DNA of 25,733 nucleotides from Planctomycetota bacterium (GTDB lineage Bacteria; Planctomycetota; B15-G4; JADJEK01): NCBI GenBank assembly GCA_044225365.1, contig JBGAIQ010000072.1, positions 1 to 25,733 of the forward strand, read 5' to 3'. Shown piece by piece: positions 17,847 to 25,733 of this stretch (position 1 is its first letter; each line of letters starts with the position of its first letter). The notes under the pieces were generated by a model. It saw only the letters and a program-made list of their open reading frames with translations, ran no database searches and was not told where the DNA came from. The position numbers and the translations under genes were made by a program.

Positions 17847-18590
17847 ATGATCCGCGTTCAAGGCTTCACCAAGCGGTACGACGACTTCACGGCGGTCTCG
17901 GAACTCAGCTTCGAGGTCGCGTCCGGGTCGATCCTCGGGCTCGTCGGTCAGAACGGTGCCGGGAAGACGACGACGCTCCGAACGCTCGCCGGCATCCTCG
18001 AACCGAATCATGGAACGATCGAGATCGCGGGGCACGACCTGGAGAAGCAGCCGATCGCGGCGCGGCGTGAAGTCGCCTACGTGCCCGACACGCCGCATCC
18101 GTTCGACATGCTCACGGTCGACGAGCATCTGCGATTCACGGCGCTCGCTTACGACGTAAGGGACGCCGCCCAGCGCTTTCCCCTGCTTCTCGAAGAACTC
18201 GAGCTCACCGAGAAACACGACCATCTCGCGTCGACCCTCTCGCGCGGCATGCAACAGAAGCTCGCGATCGGATGCGCGTTCCTGCGCGGTCCCAAGGCGC
18301 TCCTGCTCGACGAGCCTCTCACCGGCCTCGACCCGCGAGGGATCAAGCTAATGCGCGACGCGATCAAATCGCGCGCGGCCCTCGGTGCGTCGGTGATCGT
18401 GTCGTCGCATCAGCTCGAGCTGGTCGAGCGGCTGTGCGATCGCATCCTCGTGCTCCATCGCGGCAAGGCGATCGCCCAAGGCAACATGGAAGAGATTCGG
18501 GTCGCGTCCGGACTCGGCACCGCAGCGACGCTCGAAGAGGTGTTCTTCGCCCTCACGGACGTGGGGCCCGGGGAACCCGCGCCGCCGTGA
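17847..18590 (+). CDS. ABC transporter ATP-binding protein
   Basis: Walker A GQNGAGKTT, signature LSRGMQQK, Walker B LLLDEP and H-loop SSH. Confidence 0.93.
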   Translation: MIRVQGFTKRYDDFTAVSELSFEVASGSILGLVGQNGAGKTTTLRTLAGILEPNHGTIEIAGHDLEKQPIAARREVAYVPDTPHPFDMLTVDEHLRFTALAYDVRDAAQRFPLLLEELELTEKHDHLASTLSRGMQQKLAIGCAFLRGPKALLLDEPLTGLDPRGIKLMRDAIKSRAALGASVIVSSHQLELVERLCDRILVLHRGKAIAQGNMEEIRVASGLGTAATLEEVFFALTDVGPGEPAPP

Positions 18591-20239
18591 ACCGCGCGCT
18601 GCTCTATCTCGTCGTGATGCAGAAGAAGAACGCGATCTTCGCGTTCTTTCGGAGCCTGCGCGAGCCGCGGCGTTTCTTCGGGACGATGATCTGGGTCGGC
18701 TTCCTCGTGTTCTTCCTGGTCAGCAATCCGTCCGCGTATACGAGTGCGATGGACCGCTCCGCCGCGCGCGACGCACTGCCGGCCTTGTTCTCGATCCTGC
18801 TCCTCACGTCGAGCATCAACGGACTGCTCCACCGCGGCATCGCGTTCCAACCCGCCGACATCGACTTCCTGTTCCCCGGTCCGTTCGAGCGCCGCGAACT
18901 CGTGATGTACCGCCTCGCGAACCTCTATCCGTTCGCGTTGATCTCGTCGTTGATCTTCGTCCTGATGTTGCGCAGAACGGTGGTGGACGGACGAATCGCC
19001 TACGTCGGTCTCGTCCTGTTCTCGATCATCCTGATCCATCTGCAGACGATGCTCGGGCTCGCGGCGACCTGGATCGAGGGCCGCTTCTTCAAGAAGATCC
19101 GCTTCGCCCTGCGCGGCGCGGGACTCGTGCTCGCGATCGCGCTCGGCTTCGCCTTCGTCGGCTCCGCGACCGGCAATTCGCAGATCTCGTCCTACATTCG
19201 CGACGCATTCTCGAAGGGCGCTCCGCGCATCGCGTTCTATCCCGCGGCGAAACTCGCCGAAGCGATCGTAGCCCCGAGTTTCATCGCGGCCCTTCCATCG
19301 CTCCTCGTGCTCGTGTCGTTCGCGGCGATCACCCTCCTCGTCGTGCTCTCGATGCAAGTGAACTTCATCGAAGCCTCGATCCTGACTTCGCAGCAGGGAT
19401 CGCTCCTGCGGGCGCGGATGTGGCGCGGGTTCGTTGGTGGTGATCCTTCGGTGGAGAAGGCCAAGAGCGCGAAGATGCCGTCGCTCGCCCTGTTCAGGGG
19501 TTCAGGCGCGATCGTGTGGAAGAACCTCGTCACGGCCTCGCGGTCGATGCGGTTCATCGTGTACGCCGTGCTCGCGATCGGGATCTACACCGCGATCATC
19601 ATCGCGCGAAATCGCGCCCCGCAGTTCTCGCATGGAGGTCCGTTCGGACCGGGAGCGGGCTCTGAGGATTCGATCCTCACCGACGTCCTCATGCTCGGTG
19701 CGCTGTGGCCGCTCTTCATCCAGCAGTACATCGCGTTCGATTTTCGTCGCGACTTCGATTCGCTCGCGGAGCTGAAGCAACTACCGAGTAGGCCGTTCTT
19801 CATCGCACTCGCGGAGGTCGCGGTTCCGTGGTTGCTCGCGATCTCGTTCCAGGCGCTCGGACTTGCCGGAGTCGCGTTCTTCGAGAAGCTGACGATCCCG
19901 ACGATCGCGCTCGCGACGATGATCTACCCGCCCGTCACGCTGACGATGATCACGATCACGAATTGGGGGTTCCTGATGTTCCCCTCGCGTCAGGCCGCGG
20001 CCTCGCGCGGTCGAGCGGGCGGATCGAACCTCTCGCTCGTCGCGATCTTCAACATGTTCATCTCGCTGCTCGCGCTCACGCCGGCGATGCTGGTCGGCGC
20101 GTTCATGATCCGGCTCGATTACGGAGCGATGCGATCCGTGGCATGCGCCTCGGCTGCGCAATTCCTCGTCGCGTTCGTTCTCGTATTCCTCCTCGGGCGC
20201 ACGTTCGCTCGATTCGACGTCACGCGCGAGATGCCCTGA
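18587..20239 (+). CDS. Putative ABC exporter membrane subunit
   Basis: GTG start overlaps the ATPase stop. Many hydrophobic segments, and the motif F.PADIDFLFPGP..RRELV.Y. Confidence 0.8.
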   Translation: MNRALLYLVVMQKKNAIFAFFRSLREPRRFFGTMIWVGFLVFFLVSNPSAYTSAMDRSAARDALPALFSILLLTSSINGLLHRGIAFQPADIDFLFPGPFERRELVMYRLANLYPFALISSLIFVLMLRRTVVDGRIAYVGLVLFSIILIHLQTMLGLAATWIEGRFFKKIRFALRGAGLVLAIALGFAFVGSATGNSQISSYIRDAFSKGAPRIAFYPAAKLAEAIVAPSFIAALPSLLVLVSFAAITLLVVLSMQVNFIEASILTSQQGSLLRARMWRGFVGGDPSVEKAKSAKMPSLALFRGSGAIVWKNLVTASRSMRFIVYAVLAIGIYTAIIIARNRAPQFSHGGPFGPGAGSEDSILTDVLMLGALWPLFIQQYIAFDFRRDFDSLAELKQLPSRPFFIALAEVAVPWLLAISFQALGLAGVAFFEKLTIPTIALATMIYPPVTLTMITITNWGFLMFPSRQAAASRGRAGGSNLSLVAIFNMFISLLALTPAMLVGAFMIRLDYGAMRSVACASAAQFLVAFVLVFLLGRTFARFDVTREMP

Positions 20240-20256
20240 ACGAAAGGCGAAGCACC

Positions 20257-20664
20257 ATGGCCCGTTGGCTCTTGAAGACCGAACCGAGCGTCTACGCGTT
20301 CTCGCAGCTCGTCACCGACGGGAAGACGATCTGGGACGGCGTCGCGAACAACCTCGCGCTCATCCACATCCGCAACATGAAGAAGGGCGACGATGCGATC
20401 GTCTACCACACCGACGACGAACGAGCGTGCGTCGGCATCGCGAAGGTCGTGTCGGCGCCGTATGCCGATCCGAAGGAAGGCGATCCCAAGCTCGCGGTCG
20501 TCGACCTCAAACCCGTGAGGGCGTTGAAGCGCGCGATCTCCCTGAAGGAACTCAAGGAGAACTCGAAGCTCGTCGGCTTCGATCTGTTTCGAAACAGTCG
20601 CCTGTCGGTCGTCCCCGTGAGCGATGCTCACTGGGAGGTGATCCTCGCGATGGAAGACGCCTGA
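20257..20664 (+). CDS. EVE domain protein (PUA-like)
   Basis: GAAAGG SD-like sequence. MARWLLKTEP..WDGVAN..MKKGD..YH..RLSVVPV matches the EVE signature. Confidence 0.92.
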   Translation: MARWLLKTEPSVYAFSQLVTDGKTIWDGVANNLALIHIRNMKKGDDAIVYHTDDERACVGIAKVVSAPYADPKEGDPKLAVVDLKPVRALKRAISLKELKENSKLVGFDLFRNSRLSVVPVSDAHWEVILAMEDA

Positions 20665-22338
20665 TCAGCTCGCGTTCTCGTCGCGCGTCGGCACGTGACC
20701 GACGGGCGCCTTCATCCAGTTGATGACTTCCTTGAAGGTCGGCGCCTTGCCCGTCATGAGCACGCCGACGCGGAACACCTTCGCGGCGCCATACGTCACG
20801 AGGATGATCGAGATCACGAGTTCGATCCCGGTGATGACGTACTCGTGCGGAGCGGGCGGACCCGCGGCGCGGTTCATCATGACGAATGGCGTGAACGGCG
20901 GGATGTACGACAGGAAGTGCGCGAGACTGCCGTTCGGATCCTTCATGATCGGGATCATCGCGAACAGCGGAACCATCAGCGTCATGCTGACGGGCATCAT
21001 CAGATTGCTCGCTTCCTTCACGCTGTTGCACACCGAGCCGATGCCGACGAAGAGGGCCGCGAAGAGCAGGTAGCCGCCGAGGAAGTAGAGGATGAACGAT
21101 CCGATGTAGAGCGGGTCGCTCGCGATGACGGAGAGGTCAATCTTGTCCTTGCCGAGCATCGCCGGGATGAAGCGGACGCACGTGATGAAACTGATCACCC
21201 ACGTGACGATCACGGTGAGGCCCGTCGCCGCGATGCCGAGGATCTTGCCGAGCATCAGCTCGAGGGGCGAGATCGACGACAGCAGCACCTCGAGGACGCG
21301 GTTGCTCTTCTCCTCGATCGTGTTCGTGAGCAGCATCTGCGAGATACTGAAGATCGCGATCCAGAGCAGGTAGACGAAGGCGATCGGCGCGATCTGGCGG
21401 AACTGATCCTCGTCCTTCACCTTCTCCTCGGCGCCGGTCTTGGAGACCTTCTTCGAGTCGAAGTCGAACCGCGAGAGCAGCCAGTCGGCCTTCGACGCGT
21501 CGATGTCCTCGGCCGCCATGCGCTTCGCACGCACTTCCTCGGTGGCGAGGTTCTCGAACCAGTTGCGCAGGGAATCGTCGGTCAGGTTGCTCGACACGTA
21601 CTTCGCGCCGTCGGAATCCTTCACCGGATCCTTGTTGATGACGAAGTAGGCGAAGAGCTTCTCGGAGAGGATCTGCTTGTTCAGCTCCTCGAGCAACGCG
21701 TCACCCGCGCCCGCGACCTCGACTCGCTCGTAGGCGCCGCGGCCGGAATGGCTCTGATACTCGCGGGCGTCCTTGTCGGGGAGATCGCGCCACCATTCGA
21801 TGATCGTCGTGCGCATCTTCACGACCGCATCCTTCACCTTGGGCGGCAGCATGCCGAGCATGGCCTGGCCTTCCGGCTTGCCGAGGTCGCGATAGAACGC
21901 GCCCGCCTTGTGGAGGCTCTCGTCGAGCAACTTCTTGTTGTCGCGCAGCGATTCAGCGAGGCCCTTGAGCGGGCCTTCCTTCAGATCCTTCTCGCCCTTC
22001 AAGTCGCCGAGAGCGGAGCTCAGCTTCTCCTGGAGCGCGGCGATGTTCTTGTCCTTCTTCTTCGCGTCGCCTTCGACCACGAGTTGCGCGTTGACGAGCT
22101 TCTCGAGCACCGTCCCGAAGTCGGGCTCCTTCGCGCGCGATTCGACGGCCGTGAGCAGCCAGCCCGAATTGTCGATCACGACGTACTTGCGGATGCCCTT
22201 CGCCTTCTCGAGCCACAGCGGCACGACGATGCCGGCGACGATGAGGATCGGCACCAGGAGGATGCCGAGCCAGAACGCTTTCGTTCGCATGTTCTCGACG
22301 AATTCGCGCGAGGCGACGATGAGGGTCTTGTTACTCAT
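20665..22338 (-). CDS. ABC-2 type transporter permease (NatB/YhaP-like)
   Basis: REFVENMRTKAF, IEEKSNRVLEVLLSS, LGKILG and LSYIPPFTP, with a large extracytoplasmic loop. Confidence 0.88.
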   Translation of the reverse strand: MSNKTLIVASREFVENMRTKAFWLGILLVPILIVAGIVVPLWLEKAKGIRKYVVIDNSGWLLTAVESRAKEPDFGTVLEKLVNAQLVVEGDAKKKDKNIAALQEKLSSALGDLKGEKDLKEGPLKGLAESLRDNKKLLDESLHKAGAFYRDLGKPEGQAMLGMLPPKVKDAVVKMRTTIIEWWRDLPDKDAREYQSHSGRGAYERVEVAGAGDALLEELNKQILSEKLFAYFVINKDPVKDSDGAKYVSSNLTDDSLRNWFENLATEEVRAKRMAAEDIDASKADWLLSRFDFDSKKVSKTGAEEKVKDEDQFRQIAPIAFVYLLWIAIFSISQMLLTNTIEEKSNRVLEVLLSSISPLELMLGKILGIAATGLTVIVTWVISFITCVRFIPAMLGKDKIDLSVIASDPLYIGSFILYFLGGYLLFAALFVGIGSVCNSVKEASNLMMPVSMTLMVPLFAMIPIMKDPNGSLAHFLSYIPPFTPFVMMNRAAGPPAPHEYVITGIELVISIILVTYGAAKVFRVGVLMTGKAPTFKEVINWMKAPVGHVPTRDENAS

Positions 22339-23236
22339 GGGCGTCGCCTCCGACGGCGCGAACGAAGATCTCGTGGAGCGAAGGCTCTCGAATGTCGAAC
22401 CTGCGGATCACGAGTTTGCCGACGAGTCGCGCCAGGATCTCCTGCGCGTCCGCATGATCGGTGAGGAAGAGTTCGGCCTGCTTGCCCGCGTCGTTGATGC
22501 GAGCGACGCCCGGGAGCGACTTCAGGATCGCGCCGTCGCCGTCGTAGTCGAGATGGACGGAGAGCCCGTGCGCGCTCCGCACCTGCGACAGCGCGCCGTC
22601 GACGATCTTCACGCCCTTGTCGATGATGATCACGTAGTCGCAGAGCTGTTCGGCCTGCGCCATGATGTGCGTCGAGAAGATGACGGTCTTCCCCGAGCGC
22701 TTCATGTCGAGGATGATCTCGCGCATCAGTTCCACGTTCACCGGGTCGAGCCCGGAGAACGGCTCGTCGAGGATCACCAGTTCGGGATCGTGGATGATCG
22801 TGCCGAGGATCTGGACCTTCTGGCCCATGCCCTTCGACAACGCTTCGCATCGCGTGTTGATGTTGTCGCCGAGGCCGTAGCGCTTCAGGAGTTCCTTCCC
22901 GCGCTCCTCCGCGATGGCGCCGTCCATGCCCTTCAGCTTGCCGAAGAACGCGAGGATCTCGCCGAGCTTCATCTTCTTGTAGAGACCCTTCTCCTCGGGC
23001 AGGTAGCCGAGGCGGTCCTTCAGGGACTCCGCGTTCGGCTGGCCGAGGATCGTGATCGATCCCTCGTCCGGGTAGAAGATGCTCATGATCATGCGGATCG
23101 TCGTCGTCTTCCCGGCGCCGTTCTTGCCGAGGAAGCCGTAGATCGATCCTTTCGGGATCCGCATGGAGACGGCGTTGACCGCGACCTTGGCGCCGAAGCG
23201 CTTGGTCACGCGGTCGAGGATCAGTGCGTCAGTCAT
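22331..23236 (-). CDS. ABC transporter ATP-binding protein (NatA/YhaQ-like)
   Basis: GKNGAGKTT, GYLPEEKGLY, LSKGMGQK, ILDEPFSGLDP and C-terminal EPSLHEIF. Confidence 0.93.
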   Translation of the reverse strand: MTDALILDRVTKRFGAKVAVNAVSMRIPKGSIYGFLGKNGAGKTTTIRMIMSIFYPDEGSITILGQPNAESLKDRLGYLPEEKGLYKKMKLGEILAFFGKLKGMDGAIAEERGKELLKRYGLGDNINTRCEALSKGMGQKVQILGTIIHDPELVILDEPFSGLDPVNVELMREIILDMKRSGKTVIFSTHIMAQAEQLCDYVIIIDKGVKIVDGALSQVRSAHGLSVHLDYDGDGAILKSLPGVARINDAGKQAELFLTDHADAQEILARLVGKLVIRRFDIREPSLHEIFVRAVGGDAHE

Positions 23237-23341
23237 AGGGAGATCAGCGGGTTCGCCTTTTGATGTGAGTCGCGCGAGCCTAGCGAATCCCGGTCCTCGG
23301 AGCGATGAAGGGAAATGCGGGGATTTGTGTGCCGCTTTGGC

Positions 23342-24991
<1,650 letters not shown>

Positions 24992-25076
24992 GAAGATCGA
25001 GACTATCCGATGGGATCAATTCTGGAAAGGACGTAGCCGAGGCTCGTTGGGCCCATAGAGATCGCAAGTCGTTTTT

Positions 25077-25089
25077 GATCAAGTCGTTA
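25077..25089 (+). promoter_or_regulatory. Putative IHF site upstream of the sigma54 promoter
   Basis: gATCAAGTCGTTA compared with consensus WATCAANNNNTTR (1 mismatch). It lies between rtcR and the -24/-12 element. Confidence 0.5.
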
Positions 25090-25117
25090 CGTCACGAGTA
25101 AAGAGCCTCGCCCGAGG

Positions 25118-25133
25118 TGGCACGTCCTTCGCC
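25118..25133 (+). promoter_or_regulatory. Sigma54 -24/-12 promoter
   Basis: TGGCACGTCCTTCGCC has GG-N10-GC spacing and an exact TGGCACG. It is divergent from rtcR and upstream of the TROVE gene. Confidence 0.8.
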
Positions 25134-25215
25134 ATGCGTTGGCCGCGCGATGAGCATCGCGTTCGCTCGCTGTGAGCCTTCTCGTTCGTCGTCGGTGCTT
25201 TGCGTCCGTGCTTCC

Positions 25216-25733
25216 ATGGTGAATCGAACCCTCTTCCAGTCGCTTCTCACGCGTCTCTTCCCCGCGACCGATGCGGTGAACGAAGCGGGCGGCATCGCCT
25301 ACCGCTTCTCCCCCGAGCACGCCCTCGCGCAACTCGCGGTGACGGGCTGTCTGAACCAGACTTACTACGCGGACGCAAGGGCGCAGCTCTCCGCCGTGCT
25401 CTCTCTCGTGGCGAAGGTCGCTCCCGAGTTCGTCGGCAAGACCGCGATCTACGCGAGGGAACGCGGATTCATGAAGGACATGCCGGCGCTGCTGCTCGCG
25501 GCGCTCGCATCGCCCTCATCGAATGGGGAGGCTGGCTCAGTCCTGGAGCGAGTGTTCTTCCGCGTCGCGAACGACGGCCGGATGATCCGCAGCTTCGTGC
25601 AGATCCTGCGCTCGGGCGCGGTGGGTCGTCGCTCGCTCGGCTCGCGGCCGAAGCGGCTCGTGCAGCGCTATCTCGAATCGTCGGCGCCCGAAGCCCTCTT
25701 CCGCGCCGCGATCGGGAACGCTCCATCGCTTTT
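25216..25733 (+). CDS. TROVE-domain (Ro60/Rsr-like) RNA-binding protein, 5' part (runs off the window)
   Basis: Not in the ORF track because it has no stop in the window. Manual translation gives MVNRTLFQSLLTRLFPATDAVNEAGGIAYRFSPEHALAQLAVTGCLNQTYYA..AIYARERGFMKDMPALL..FVQILRSGAVGRRSLGSRPKRLV. The rtcR-divergent context fits. Confidence 0.82.
   Translation, partial: MVNRTLFQSLLTRLFPATDAVNEAGGIAYRFSPEHALAQLAVTGCLNQTYYADARAQLSAVLSLVAKVAPEFVGKTAIYARERGFMKDMPALLLAALASPSSNGEAGSVLERVFFRVANDGRMIRSFVQILRSGAVGRRSLGSRPKRLVQRYLESSAPEALFRAAIGNAPSL

Noticed and set aside
20257-20664. EVE protein as a CRISPR or defence ancillary
   Set aside because: It is a standalone, typical EVE gene at the end of an ABC operon, separated from the cas genes by the convergent waaF.
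806-22464. Numerous long antisense or alternative-frame ORFs (e.g. 806-2455, 5471-7327, 7451-9508, 13990-15645, 20695-22464)
   Set aside because: These are shadow ORFs of GC3-biased genes, with no recognisable motifs.
25134-25215. Y RNA or tRNA-like element in the TROVE gene leader
   Set aside because: The leader is short, and no Ro-binding stem or T-loop motif is recognisable.

Overview
High-GC bacterial window (gene set and style suggest Planctomycetota; this is inference). Left part: REP-like hairpin repeats flanking a small Cys-rich secreted ORF, topoisomerase III, a secreted thioredoxin-like protein, a lower-GC orphan ORF, a Ser/Thr kinase with a helical-repeat C-terminus, and a UPRTase-like gene. 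The centre (9507-16038) is a compact, translationally coupled type III-A (Csm)-like CRISPR effector operon, cas6-cas10*-csm2-csm3-csm4-csm5, followed directly by a HAD phosphatase. It looks catalytically disarmed. The Cas10-like protein is only 424 aa, with no HD domain, no Zn finger and no GGDD motif. The Csm3 catalytic Asp position is Glu. Csm2 and Csm5 carry long Arg/Gly/Asp-rich disordered tails. No CRISPR array, cas1/cas2 or csm6/csx1 is present in the window. This is a candidate exapted, non-defence RAMP complex. Right part: waaF, two ABC transporter pairs, an EVE-domain gene, and rtcR divergent from a sigma54 promoter driving a TROVE/Ro60-like gene that is truncated by the window end. 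All assignments are by-eye motif recognition; no database search was run.
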